From Dehalococcoidales bacterium (GTDB lineage: Bacteria; Chloroflexota; Dehalococcoidia; Dehalococcoidales; RBG-16-60-22), in NCBI GenBank assembly GCA_034414775.1, contig DAOULX010000044.1:3150-67149 (forward strand): a stretch of 64,000 nt of DNA. Reading direction: 5' to 3'. The first letter of the stretch is position 1. Every line of letters begins with the position of its first letter. The notes below the pieces were generated by a model. The model was not told the DNA's origin and made no database searches. It saw only the letters and a program-made list of their open reading frames with translations. The position numbers were made by a program, and so were the translations under genes. Shown piece after piece: positions 1 through 9,411 of this stretch.

Positions 1-1590
1 ACTGCCGATGAAGACTGCGAGACGCCGGATGGCGTCTGGATATCCGAGCCCAAGGAAAAAGGCCTGCTGCCGTCCTTGGCGGAGCGCGTTATCGGGCGTT
101 TGGCGGCAATGGATATAGCTCATCCGGAGACGGGGGAGATTATCGTCTATCGAAACGAGGAGATTGGAGAAGAGACCGTAGAGAAGATTATGGCCGCCGG
201 GCTGAGCTCGGTGTATGTCAGGTCGCCCCTTACCTGCCAATCGCGCCGGGGCACCTGCCAGCATTGCTACGGTCGTGACCTCGCTCGGGGTAAGCTCATC
301 GAGCTCAACGTTGCCGTGGGTATCATCGCCGCCGAGAGTATCGGCGAACCGGGCACTCAGCTCACGCTACGTACCTTCCATACCGGTGGCGTGGTCGGCC
401 TGGATATCACCAGTGGCCTCCCCAGGGTCGAAGAGCTTTTCGAGGCCAGGACGCCCCGCGGTCAGGCCATCATCTCGGAGATAGACGGACAGGCCGAAGT
501 AATCCAGAATGAGGAAGGCCGTAAGGTCAAGATAATGAGTACCGAGACCTACCAGGATGAGTATCCACTGCCGACAGGCTGGAACGTGATGGTAGAAAAT
601 GGCCAATGGGTGGACATCGGTGCGGCGCTGGCATCACCGCCGGAGTCTAAAAAGGCCCCCGGTGAAGAAGTTGCCCCGGTAGCGGAAGTCCAGCCTGTTA
701 TCGCCAGGTTCGCCGGGCAGGTCGAGGTTAAAAAGAAGCAGCTTGTCATCAGCTACGCCGAAAAGGAAGAACGCGAATATATCGTCCCATCCACAGCCAG
801 TATCTGGGTCCAGACCGGTGACGAAATCAAAGCCGGCCAGCAGCTAACTGACGGCTCCATTAACCCTCACGATATACTGCGCATATTAGGCAAGGAAGCC
901 GTGCAGCAGTACCTGGTCGATGAGGTACAGAAGGTCTACCGGTCCCAGGGTGTGAATATCAACGACAAGCACATCGAGGTCATCGTCCACCAGATGTTGA
1001 CCAAAGTCCGCATTGATTCGGCGGGGGATACCGATCTGGTGCCGGACGAGCTGGTCGACAGGTTTACCTATGAGGACACCAATGCCAAAGTACTGGCAGA
1101 GGGCGGTGAGCCGGCCACGGCGCATACCGTATTACTGGGTATCACCCGGGCCTCGCTGAGCACCGAGAGCTGGCTGGCTGCGGCGTCTTTCCAGGAGACT
1201 ACTAGGATACTGACGGAAGCAGCGGCTAACGGCCGGATAGACAGGCTGGCAGGACTGAAAGAGAACGTTATCATCGGCAAACTCATCCCGGCCCGCTACC
1301 TGACCGAGGAAGAGGTGCCGGCACTGGTACCCGCCACTGAGGAGGACGAGGCACGCCGCCTGCTCGCCAGCCTGGCCATCGCTGAGACGGAACAGATAGT
1401 CGGCGTCGGTGAAGGCGGTCCGGAGGGCCTTGTGGAAGACTCGGAAGGCGGTGGAGAAGGTGAAGGGCTCGAAAATATGGAAGATGTCGAAGGTATCCAG
1501 AGCATCGAAGATATCGAGGATATCAAGGATATCGAAGACGAGCCCGAGAGCCTCGCTACCGGAGAAGAGGACGAGGCCGAGACACTCTAG
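1..1590 (+). CDS. rpoC: DNA-directed RNA polymerase subunit beta', C-terminal part (5' end outside window)
   Basis: Frame 1 is open from base 1. The translation carries beta' hallmarks ([22 protein letters not shown] trigger-loop region, [28 protein letters not shown]). Stop TAG at 1588-1590. It ends in an acidic tail. Confidence 0.95.
   Translation, partial: TADEDCETPDGVWISEPKEKGLLPSLAERVIGRLAAMDIAHPETGEIIVYRNEEIGEETVEKIMAAGLSSVYVRSPLTCQSRRGTCQHCYGRDLARGKLIELNVAVGIIAAESIGEPGTQLTLRTFHTGGVVGLDITSGLPRVEELFEARTPRGQAIISEIDGQAEVIQNEEGRKVKIMSTETYQDEYPLPTGWNVMVENGQWVDIGAALASPPESKKAPGEEVAPVAEVQPVIARFAGQVEVKKKQLVISYAEKEEREYIVPSTASIWVQTGDEIKAGQQLTDGSINPHDILRILGKEAVQQYLVDEVQKVYRSQGVNINDKHIEVIVHQMLTKVRIDSAGDTDLVPDELVDRFTYEDTNAKVLAEGGEPATAHTVLLGITRASLSTESWLAAASFQETTRILTEAAANGRIDRLAGLKENVIIGKLIPARYLTEEEVPALVPATEEDEARRLLASLAIAETEQIVGVGEGGPEGLVEDSEGGGEGEGLENMEDVEGIQSIEDIEDIKDIEDEPESLATGEEDEAETL
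1504..1539 (+). repeat. 9-bp in-frame tandem repeat (ATCGARGAT-like, 4 units) encoding [12 protein letters not shown]
   Basis: Read directly: atcgaagat atcgaggat atcaaggat atcgaagac, inside the rpoC acidic tail. Confidence 0.6.
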
Positions 1591-1631
1591 ACCTGGCGCA
1601 GCACCGTCTGATTCGAATAAAATGTTTGTAC

Positions 1632-1676
1632 TGTCATCCTGAATCTATACTGTCATCCTGAGCGAAGCGAAGGATA
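1632..1676 (+). repeat. Interspersed hairpin repeat (GTCATYC...GRATC superfamily): truncated copy plus full copy
   Basis: tgtcatcctgaatct (1632-1646) followed by tgtcatcctgagcgaagcgaaggata (1651-1676). Internal ATCCT/AGGAT stem. Confidence 0.7.
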
Positions 1677-1708
1677 TAGGGGTGGAGGGTAATCATTACC
1701 GCTCTTCT

Positions 1709-1746
1709 CCGAGATTCTTCAGTCGCTCCGCTCTTTCAGAATGACA
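1709..1746 (-). repeat. Interspersed hairpin repeat, inverted copy
   Basis: The minus strand reads tgtcattctgaaagagcggagcgactgaagaatctcgg. ATTCT/AGAAT stem. It forms a tail-to-tail pair with 1651-1676. Confidence 0.7.
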
Positions 1747-1768
1747 GTGGGAAGGTAGGGGGCAGACT

Positions 1769-2788
1769 ATAGCGCGTATCGTATCCGGTAAGCCCAGCAC
1801 TGAAGACGCCCCGCTGGAGAGCAGTCTCCGACCCCGGAGCCTGGCGGATTTTACCGGCCAGGACAAGACCAAGGAAAACCTGGCAATTGCCATTGCCGCC
1901 GCCCGCGGGCGGGGTGAGCCCTTGGACCATACGCTGTTTTACGGCCCCCCCGGGCTGGGCAAGACCTGCCTGGCCAATATCATCGCCGCCGAGGTCGGAG
2001 TTAACATAAAGATGACTTCCGGGCCGGCGATCGAGCGCACCGGGGATGTGGCGGCCATTCTGACCAACCTGCACGCCAATGACATCCTCTTCATCGATGA
2101 AATCCACCGCCTCAACCGTACCGTCGAAGAGATCCTCTACCCGGCCCTGGAAGACTACGCCCTGGATATCATTATCGGGAAAGGGCCGGGGGCCAAAAGC
2201 CTGCGGCTGAATTTGCCAAAATTTACTCTGATAGGGGCCACGACTCGCTACGCCTTACTCAGCCCGCCGCTACGTGACAGGTTCGGCTCCGTGTACCGGC
2301 TCGATTTCTATGATGTGGCATCATTGGAAAAGATCGTAGCCCGCTCGGCAAAGATACTACAAGTGGAGGCTGACGAAGATGGCCTGAAAGAAATCGCCTG
2401 CCGTGCCCGGGGAACGCCCCGTGTGGCCAACCGTCTTCTCAAACGGGTCAGGGACTATGCACAGGTTGTAGCGGATGGGCGCATCACCCGCGAAGTGGCC
2501 CGGGCCGCTCTTGCCAAGCTCGAAGTGGATGCAATCGGTCTGGACGAGATCGACCACAAAGTCCTGCATACGATCATCGAGAAGTTCAGCGGCGGGCCGG
2601 TCGGCCTGGATACCATTGCTGCCTCCATAAGTGAAGAGGCCGATACCGTCACAGACGTCTATGAGCCGTACCTGATGCAGTTAGGCTTCCTGGAGAGAAC
2701 GCCGCGGGGCCGAGTGGCCACCCGGCTGGCCTATGAACATCTCGGTCTCCCCTATGACCGTACGCCCCCGCAGCCGAACCTGTTTTAG
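1769..2788 (+). CDS. ruvB: Holliday junction branch migration ATPase RuvB (apparent ATA start)
   Basis: [12 protein letters not shown], Walker [15 protein letters not shown] and the full RuvB C-terminal domain. The frame is open from 1745 with no ATG/GTG/TTG before TTG 1922. ATA 1769 follows GGGGG plus 6 nt. Confidence 0.85.
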   Translation: MARIVSGKPSTEDAPLESSLRPRSLADFTGQDKTKENLAIAIAAARGRGEPLDHTLFYGPPGLGKTCLANIIAAEVGVNIKMTSGPAIERTGDVAAILTNLHANDILFIDEIHRLNRTVEEILYPALEDYALDIIIGKGPGAKSLRLNLPKFTLIGATTRYALLSPPLRDRFGSVYRLDFYDVASLEKIVARSAKILQVEADEDGLKEIACRARGTPRVANRLLKRVRDYAQVVADGRITREVARAALAKLEVDAIGLDEIDHKVLHTIIEKFSGGPVGLDTIAASISEEADTVTDVYEPYLMQLGFLERTPRGRVATRLAYEHLGLPYDRTPPQPNLF

Positions 2789-2890
2789 ATTTTTCGAGCC
2801 GAATCGCAATTAGCGTACATTTTTCTCAACATTGTGTCCACCTTTCATTTCAAAGCGCTTTAAATACTCCTGTGTTATGTTTGCCCTAGC

Positions 2891-2919
2891 TTGACAGTCG
2901 CCGGGCACTTAATTAATAT
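2891..2919 (+). promoter_or_regulatory. Candidate sigma70-type promoter (TTGACA-17-TAATAT)
   Basis: TTGACA 2891-2896, 17-nt spacer, TAATAT 2914-2919. Lies upstream of the GGGAGG SD and ATG 2943. Confidence 0.45.
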
Positions 2920-2942
2920 GCAGGTAGCCAGGGAGGTGAATT

Positions 2943-3206
2943 ATGGCCGAGAATGAAAAGTTTACCGTTTCGGGCAGCCAGATCGTGGAGAAGGTGAAAC
3001 AGCTGATACATGAAGGTAATATCCGGCGGGTCCGCCTTATTCACGATGGGAAGGTGATATTCGAGATACCACTGACGGTCGGGGCGCCGGTAGCAGCGGC
3101 GGGGATAATCTGGATGCCGGTACTGGCGGCCATCGGGGCTTTTGCGGCGCTTGTCACCGAGTGCACCCTGGAGGTGGAAAAAGTGGACGAGGCAGATAAA
3201 AAATAG
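2943..3206 (+). CDS. DUF4342-like small protein
   Basis: VKQLIHEGNIRRVRLIHDGKVIFEIPLTVGA followed by a hydrophobic AAIGAFAALVTECTL segment, typical of DUF4342. SD GGGAGG. Confidence 0.6.
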   Translation: MAENEKFTVSGSQIVEKVKQLIHEGNIRRVRLIHDGKVIFEIPLTVGAPVAAAGIIWMPVLAAIGAFAALVTECTLEVEKVDEADKK

Positions 3207-3211
3207 GCCTC

Positions 3212-3685
3212 ATGGCGACGGATATTCCGGTATTGCGGCCGGACCTGGCGACGAGCCTGTGGCTTGATGCCAACGATTTCGTTCAGCTTCCCAGCTGGGT
3301 CAAGGGAAGTTATATCCTTCTGTTCGAATTGGATACTGGCCGGACATTAGCTCCAGGTTGTTTGCCGGCAGGATTTTACCCGGCTAGCTGTTACGCTTAC
3401 GTTGGTTCGGCGATGAACGGCATCAGGTCGAGGCTGGTCCGTCATCTTAAGGCGAACAAGAAGAGGCACTAGCATATCGATTATCTGTTGACCGGGCACG
3501 AGGTAATGGGGGCCGTTATCAGAGCTGGTAAGGAACGGCTCGAGTGCGCCGCGGCGGAGCGACTCGCCGTCGAATTCATCAGTGTTCTTGGCTTCGGATG
3601 CAGCGATTGCCGCTGCCGAAGCCATCTATATTATGCCGAGAATGAACAGCACCTGAGGAAAGTGGCCCAGGCGGCACTATCGTAG
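3212..3685 (+). pseudogene. DUF123 (GIY-YIG superfamily) gene interrupted by in-frame TAG at 3470-3472
   Basis: ORFs 3212-3472 and 3488-3685 share one frame. Joined, they read ...YAYVGSAMNGIRSRLVRHLKANKKRH*HIDYLL...ECAAAERLA...GFGCSDCRCRSHLYY. The stop replaces the Trp of the conserved HWHIDYL motif (TGG to TAG). Confidence 0.75.
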
Positions 3686-3713
3686 TTGGAGAGAAAAGGA
3701 ATAACCAAAGGCG

Positions 3714-4349
3714 ATGGTTGAAATTGTCCTGGTGCGGCACGGCGAGACCGCCTGGAACACCGAGGAAATCTTTCGCGGTCAGGCTGATGTACCTCTGAGC
3801 GATTACGGATTGGAGCAGGCCGAACGTCTTGGAGAATATTTGAAAGATGAGAAGATCGATATAATCTACTCCAGTCCCCTTCAACGTGCTGTCCAGACAG
3901 CCGGGGCCATCGCTTCCCGCCAGAACATAGATTTGAATATCGTCGGTAATCTCAATGACATAGACTTCGGGGAATGGCAGGGCCTGACTATAAAAGAAGT
4001 TAAGCAGAGGTACCCGGAGCTCTATCAGGACTGGCTGGACACCCCCGAGCAGGTGAGAATGCCGGGGGGCGAGACACTAACTGATGTACAAAACCAGGCC
4101 TTTCCTTTCCTGGAGGATGCAGTGATGCGGTGCGGGGAGGGGAGGGGGGCATTGGTATCACACCGCGTCGTAAATAAAGTGCTTATCTGTGCCCTGCTGG
4201 GACTCGACCACTCTTCTTTCTGGAGCATAAAGCTGGACACCGGTGGTATCACGCGGTTTGTCTTTGATGGGGACAGGGTCGTCCTCACCAGCCATAACGA
4301 TACCTCCTATCTGAATCAGGTCAGGATACAGCCGCCGCGTGATTTTTAA
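3714..4349 (+). CDS. Histidine phosphatase family protein (phosphoglycerate mutase-like)
   Basis: N-terminal LVRHGETAWN catalytic motif and SSPLQRAVQTA, then a C-terminal VSH motif. Confidence 0.85.
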   Translation: MVEIVLVRHGETAWNTEEIFRGQADVPLSDYGLEQAERLGEYLKDEKIDIIYSSPLQRAVQTAGAIASRQNIDLNIVGNLNDIDFGEWQGLTIKEVKQRYPELYQDWLDTPEQVRMPGGETLTDVQNQAFPFLEDAVMRCGEGRGALVSHRVVNKVLICALLGLDHSSFWSIKLDTGGITRFVFDGDRVVLTSHNDTSYLNQVRIQPPRDF

Positions 4350-4424
4350 CGGTGCTATTCGGATTCCCTTTACAGCAAGGGGCCGGAGGTTTACAATGCT
4401 GGTAAGGAAATCTCTGCAACGGAG

Positions 4425-4715
4425 GTGGCGATCGTGGGCATAGAATGGTTCCGGGATCTGGTTATCTGCATCTGGGGTCTGGCGTTGACGATCGCCGTCA
4501 TCGTCATCGTAGTGTTGATCTTGACGGCATATTTCAAGATCAGACCGGTCATCAAGTCCGTGAGGACAGTGACCAAGACGGTCGAGAACATCTCAACCTG
4601 TATGGAGCAGGAGGTAATCGGACCACTGGCCCAGGTGGTAACTTTCGTCCAGGGTTTCCGGCAGGCGCTTGGGCTAATTAATCGAGGTAAAAAAAAGGAG
4701 GACAAAAATGGCTGA
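4425..4715 (+). CDS. Single-pass membrane protein, DUF948-like
   Basis: One TM helix followed by a helical region. Overlaps the downstream YtxH-like gene by 8 nt, a common DUF948/YtxH pairing. The start could instead be GTG 4434. Confidence 0.5.
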   Translation: MAIVGIEWFRDLVICIWGLALTIAVIVIVVLILTAYFKIRPVIKSVRTVTKTVENISTCMEQEVIGPLAQVVTFVQGFRQALGLINRGKKKEDKNG

Positions 4716-4941
4716 CAGGGATAGTCTCAATGGTTTTGCAATAGGATTTTTATTGGGCGCTGTCGCCGGGGTGGCCATTGGTTTTCTCTATGCGCCTAAA
4801 CCCGGCCGGGAGACCCGCGCTTTATTAAAAGAAAAGGCGGAAGAAGTGCGGGAAAAGGCCGAAGAAATAACCGAGAAGGCCAAGGGGATGGCTACCGAGA
4901 CGGGGAAGAAAGTCAGAGGGAAGCTGGGAGTTAAGTCTTGA
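4708..4941 (+). CDS. YtxH-like general stress protein
   Basis: GFLLGAVAGVAIGFLYAPKPGRETR motif plus a Lys/Glu-rich helical tail. Strong SD AAGGAGG. Confidence 0.7.
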   Translation: MADRDSLNGFAIGFLLGAVAGVAIGFLYAPKPGRETRALLKEKAEEVREKAEEITEKAKGMATETGKKVRGKLGVKS

Positions 4942-5002
4942 TGGTCAACCGGGGCTTATTAAATAAAGAGGTAGATCGAGAGTTTAGCGGACGTTGACTT
5001 AA

Positions 5003-6115
5003 TTGACGAACGTATTGGTCAGACACTGGCGGCTGCTGGCGTTAGCCGCAGGTATTATCGTCTTCATCTGGGTCGTTTACCTGATGAGGCTGTTCGTGCT
5101 TCCGTTCGGCTTCGGTCTGGTGCTGGCCTATCTTTTAATGCCGCTGGTAAACTGGCTGGAGCGAAGACTTCCTCCCCGTGACAAATGGCCAAAGGTAAAA
5201 CGTATCGTCTCCATACTATTATCCTTTCTGTTAGTGCTCGCCATCATCGGCGGATTTATCTATGTTGTTGTTACCGCGGTAATCGATGCCGGGACAATAC
5301 TCGTAGAAAGCGCACCATACTTCATCGGCCAGAGTATCGTAAGGATACAGGAGTGGTTCCAGGGGGCAATCGCGGACCTACCGCTGGCTGTTCAGGAGCA
5401 GATTAACCAATCACTTGTATCGGGCGGTGTCTCCCTGGGTAATTGGATAAGCGATACCATCTTTGGCTCACTGGCGAATATACCCGGGACTTTCGCAATC
5501 ATTCTCGGATTCGCGGTAGTGCCCTTTTTCCTGTTTTACGTACTTAAGGACGCGGAGTTGATAAAGAAGAGCCTGGTAAACACACTGCCTGCCAGTGTCT
5601 CCCGGCACGGACGTAATATAGTAAGCATTATCGAACAGGTGCTGGGGCGTTATATCAAGGCTCAATTGATGCTGGGTTTGATCGTCGGATATTTTTCGTT
5701 CATCGGTCTTTTGTTACTCGATGTACCGTTTCCGCTGGCATTGGCTTTACTGGCCGGAGTAACGGAGCTTATCCCAACGCTGGGACCGTGGATTGGGGGC
5801 GGGGTAGCGGTAATCGTTACTCTGGCCCTGGCCCCGGAAAAAGCCATCTGGGTGGCGCTCCTCTACCTGGGTATCCAGCTTACTGAGAACAACCTGCTGG
5901 TACCGAAGATACAAAGTGCCTATCTGCGCATACATCCCGCTGTTATGATCGTCCTGCTGGTTTTCGGGGCCTATATCGCCGGTTTCTGGGGAATACTTCT
6001 AATCGGACCGCTGGTGGCTACCTTGGTCGAGATTTTCAAATATGTCCACCGTCACTACCAGGCTGCCAACTTCACCGAAAACACAGAAACTTATCCGCCA
6101 GGCGGTAGGATGTAG
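5003..6115 (+). CDS. AI-2E family (PerM/UPF0118) transporter
   Basis: Multi-pass membrane protein with LAGVTELIPTLGPWIGG and LLVPKI motifs. The start codon is uncertain (TTG 5003, TTG 5015 or ATG 5084). Confidence 0.8.
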   Translation: MTNVLVRHWRLLALAAGIIVFIWVVYLMRLFVLPFGFGLVLAYLLMPLVNWLERRLPPRDKWPKVKRIVSILLSFLLVLAIIGGFIYVVVTAVIDAGTILVESAPYFIGQSIVRIQEWFQGAIADLPLAVQEQINQSLVSGGVSLGNWISDTIFGSLANIPGTFAIILGFAVVPFFLFYVLKDAELIKKSLVNTLPASVSRHGRNIVSIIEQVLGRYIKAQLMLGLIVGYFSFIGLLLLDVPFPLALALLAGVTELIPTLGPWIGGGVAVIVTLALAPEKAIWVALLYLGIQLTENNLLVPKIQSAYLRIHPAVMIVLLVFGAYIAGFWGILLIGPLVATLVEIFKYVHRHYQAANFTENTETYPPGGRM

Positions 6116-6161
6116 TTGGTACCATATCAGGGAATTCATTTATATTTTCCCGGGTCTACTC

Positions 6162-6170
6162 TGATATAAT
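6162..6170 (+). promoter_or_regulatory. Extended -10 element (TGaTATAAT) 6 nt upstream of the polA ATG
   Basis: ctgatataat ggtact ATG. There is no SD between the box and the start, so the mRNA may be leaderless. Confidence 0.35.
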
Positions 6171-6176
6171 GGTACT

Positions 6177-8900
6177 ATGGAAAAACCGCTCCTGGTGCTT
6201 TTTGATGGCAATGCCATCGTCCACCGCGCTTATCACGCCTTCGGATCGACCAAATATCGGCAAGCCAGGCCGCTAACGGTCTCGAAGACCGGGGAGGTAG
6301 TCAGCGCTGTCTACGGGTTCGCCCAGATGCTCCTCCGGGTGCTGAATGAGCTGAAACCGACCCACTACGCCATTGCCTTCGATAAAAAGGGGCCCACTTT
6401 TCGGCACAAACTTTTCGATGATTACAAGGCGCACCGGCCGCCCACGCCTGATGAGCTGTTGGGACAGATCGAAAGGGTTAAGGATCTGGTTGACGCCTTT
6501 CAAATCCCGCTTTTCGAACAGGAAGGGTACGAAGCTGACGATATCCTGGGGACGCTGAGTCGTATGGCCGGGGAAAAGGGTATCGAGACTGTCATCATTA
6601 CCGGGGACGCCGATACCATGCAGCTTGTGTCTCCCCGCGTGAAGGTGCTTTACCCCAAGGCCGGCCGGTCTTTCAGCGATACCACTCTCTTCGATGCCGA
6701 GGCGGTACGCGAAAAATACGGAGTGGGGCCGGAGCAGATTCCTGACTTCAAAGCGATGGTAGGCGATGCGTCCGATAACATCCCCGGTATTCCCGGCATC
6801 GGCGATAAGACGGCCGCCAAGCTCATCCAGGAATTCGGCTCGCTGGAAGAAATCTATCAACGGCTGGAGGAAGTGGAACCGCCGAAAGTGCGTGAGAAAC
6901 TGGAGGATAACGAGGCAGGTGCCCGCCGCAGCAAGGAACTGGCGACCATTGTGACGGACATGCTGCTGGATTTCGACCTCGAAAAGTACCGGGCCAGTAC
7001 GTTCGACCGCAGTAAGGTGGCCGGACTTTTCCGGGAGCTTGAATTTTACAGCCTGCTCTCCAAGCTGCCCGAGCCCGCCCGCGTCGAGGTTGCCACCAGC
7101 GCGCCGGAGGGCGAGTACCGGATCGTTTCTACAACGGAAGAACTCGACGAAACGGCCACAAAACTGGCGGCGGTGGATTCTTTTGCCTTTGACACGGAGA
7201 CGGCTAGCCTCGGACCCATGACAGCACCACTGGTCGGCATATCCCTGGCGTTTGAGCCCGGCCGGGCCTACTATATCCCGGTGGGCCATATCATACTTGA
7301 CGAGGTTTCCCAGCTGCCATTAGAGCAGGTTGTATCCCGCCTCAGTCCGATCTTCGAAGATGCCGGAAAATCCAAGCTGGCGCACAACGCCAAGTTCGAC
7401 ATGATGGTACTGGCAGCCCACGGAATCAATGTTAAAGGGCTTAGCTTCGATACCCAGATCGCAGCCCATCTGCTCAGTGAAAAGTCCCTGACGTTGAAGG
7501 CGCTGGCTTTTAATAGGCTAGCTGTCGAAATGACGCCAATCACCGCCCTTATCGGAACAGGAACCAAACAGGTATCCATGGCCCAGATTGGAATCAAGCA
7601 GGTCGCCGAGTATTCCGGAGCCGATGCGGATATGACGTTCCGGCTGGCCGGGATTCTCGAAAAGGACCTTGTAAGTCAAGAATTAGTGAAGCTTTTTAAC
7701 GAGGTGGAAATGCCGCTGGTGCCGGTCCTTCTGGAGATGGAGACGGCCGGCATCGCGGTGGACACGTCGATACTGGGGGAGATGTCCCGGAGCCTCGGGG
7801 AACAGATAGAGGCACTGCGGGATAATATTTACGATGCCGCCGGTGATGAGTTCAACATCAACTCACCACAACAATTGGGTAAAGTCCTTTTCGATAAGCT
7901 CAACCTGCCGACCTCCCGACGTGGCAAGAATAAGTACTCCACCGAGGCCTCTGTTCTCGAAGAGCTGCGCGGGTATGATATCGTCAAGGATATTTTAAAA
8001 TACCGACAGCTCACCAAGATAAAATCGACCTACATCGATACCTTGCCGGTCCTGGTGAACCCACGCACGGGGCGGATTCACACCAGCTTCAACCAGACCC
8101 GTACAGCCACCGGAAGGCTTTCTTCCAGTGATCCCAATATGCAGAACATACCGGTGCGGGGGGAACTGGGGGGACAGGTGCGGCAGGCCTTCGTGGCACC
8201 GGCGGGTTCGGTGTTGCTGGCCGCGGACTACTCGCAGATAGACCTGCGGGCGTTGGCCCACCTGTCCGGGGACGAGGTTCTGGCGGCCGCTTTCCAGCAG
8301 GACGAGGACATCCACGCGGCGACAGCCGCCATGCTGTTCGGAGTGGCGAAATCCGGCGTGACTCCGGATATGAGACGTTTTGCCAAGACGGTGAACTTCG
8401 GGGTAATCTACGGCATGAGCGATTACGGTCTGGAACAGGCCACTGAGCTATCTCGCCAGGAGGCATCCCAGTTCATTAAGGCCTATTTCGAGAAGTACAC
8501 CGGCGTGCGGAAATACTTCGATGGGACAATGGAGCAGGCGCGGCAAAATGGCTATGTCCAGACCCTGCTGGGGAGGCGCCGGTATATCCCGGATATCAAC
8601 TCCTCCAATCGTCAGGGCAGGGAAGCCGCCGAACGTATGGCCATCAATATGCCGGTACAGGGCACCTCCGCCGATATTATTAAGGTGGCGATGATTAACC
8701 TGCATCGTGAGATGGCCGAGAAGGGCCTCAAGAGCCGGATGCTCCTCCAGGTCCACGATGAGCTTGTCTTCGAGGTGCCGGAGGAGGAGCTGGGTGTAAT
8801 GCAAAAGCTGTCCGGCGATATTATGGAGTCCGCCGTGAAACTACGAGTACCCTTGAAAGTAGATACCAAGACAGGCCGAAACTGGGGAGAGATGAGGTAG
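6177..8900 (+). CDS. polA: DNA polymerase I
   Basis: 907 aa. The 5'-3' exonuclease N-terminus, 3'-5' exonuclease region (FDTETASL) and polymerase motifs (DYSQIDLRALAH, RRFAKTVNFGVIYG, QVHDELVFE) are all present. Confidence 0.97.
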   Translation: MEKPLLVLFDGNAIVHRAYHAFGSTKYRQARPLTVSKTGEVVSAVYGFAQMLLRVLNELKPTHYAIAFDKKGPTFRHKLFDDYKAHRPPTPDELLGQIERVKDLVDAFQIPLFEQEGYEADDILGTLSRMAGEKGIETVIITGDADTMQLVSPRVKVLYPKAGRSFSDTTLFDAEAVREKYGVGPEQIPDFKAMVGDASDNIPGIPGIGDKTAAKLIQEFGSLEEIYQRLEEVEPPKVREKLEDNEAGARRSKELATIVTDMLLDFDLEKYRASTFDRSKVAGLFRELEFYSLLSKLPEPARVEVATSAPEGEYRIVSTTEELDETATKLAAVDSFAFDTETASLGPMTAPLVGISLAFEPGRAYYIPVGHIILDEVSQLPLEQVVSRLSPIFEDAGKSKLAHNAKFDMMVLAAHGINVKGLSFDTQIAAHLLSEKSLTLKALAFNRLAVEMTPITALIGTGTKQVSMAQIGIKQVAEYSGADADMTFRLAGILEKDLVSQELVKLFNEVEMPLVPVLLEMETAGIAVDTSILGEMSRSLGEQIEALRDNIYDAAGDEFNINSPQQLGKVLFDKLNLPTSRRGKNKYSTEASVLEELRGYDIVKDILKYRQLTKIKSTYIDTLPVLVNPRTGRIHTSFNQTRTATGRLSSSDPNMQNIPVRGELGGQVRQAFVAPAGSVLLAADYSQIDLRALAHLSGDEVLAAAFQQDEDIHAATAAMLFGVAKSGVTPDMRRFAKTVNFGVIYGMSDYGLEQATELSRQEASQFIKAYFEKYTGVRKYFDGTMEQARQNGYVQTLLGRRRYIPDINSSNRQGREAAERMAINMPVQGTSADIIKVAMINLHREMAEKGLKSRMLLQVHDELVFEVPEEELGVMQKLSGDIMESAVKLRVPLKVDTKTGRNWGEMR

Positions 8901-8931
8901 GGGACAAAGACTCCCCGGATAGGTGGAATAT

Positions 8932-9366
8932 ATGACTAACACAGCGTTAGCGGGTATCTGGAAATTCCTTTCCTTGGAATACTTGAATGATGATGGTACG
9001 ATCAACTATCCCTTTGGCCGGGACGTGGACGGGTTATTGATCATTGATGCCAGAGGTTATTTCTCAGTGCATTTGATGGACATGAGACGGCCGCTTTTCA
9101 AGGTCCCGGACTTTCGCGGCGGCACACCAGAAGAAGTCAAAACGGCTTTCGAGAGTTACACGGGATACTGCGGGACCTTCGACCTGGAAGAGTCTGAAGG
9201 CCGGATTATTTTCCATGTAAAAGGGGCCTGGTTCCCAAACTGGATAAGAAGTGAACAGATACGGTATTTTCAAATAAACGGAGACTGCCTGAATATCACC
9301 ACGGCGCCTGTTCTGTTTGAAGGCAAAGAAATTGTGGCCAAACTTTCCCTGAATCGCTTGGCTTAA
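8932..9366 (+). CDS. Lipocalin-like domain protein
   Basis: GIWKFLSLEY...YPFGRDVDGLLIIDARGYFSVHLM pattern. ATG 8932 sits behind AGGTGG. The ORF track begins at GTG 8923. Confidence 0.55.
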   Translation: MTNTALAGIWKFLSLEYLNDDGTINYPFGRDVDGLLIIDARGYFSVHLMDMRRPLFKVPDFRGGTPEEVKTAFESYTGYCGTFDLEESEGRIIFHVKGAWFPNWIRSEQIRYFQINGDCLNITTAPVLFEGKEIVAKLSLNRLA

Positions 9367-9411
9367 TGTACATTGTTACCGGGTCGAGACAACTAGGCCA
9401 TAACGAGGTCT

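Noticed and set aside
3470-3472. TAG in the DUF123 gene as a pyrrolysine or other recoded codon
   Set aside because: TAG terminates clearly complete genes in the same window (rpoC, polA). The interrupted residue is an invariant Trp one mutation away (TGG). No pyl genes are visible.
6273-7289. 338-aa ORF antisense to polA
   Set aside because: It lies entirely inside the well-supported polA gene on the opposite strand. Its composition is low-complexity and Arg/Gly/Pro-rich, typical of shadow ORFs in GC-rich DNA. It has no SD and no recognisable motifs.
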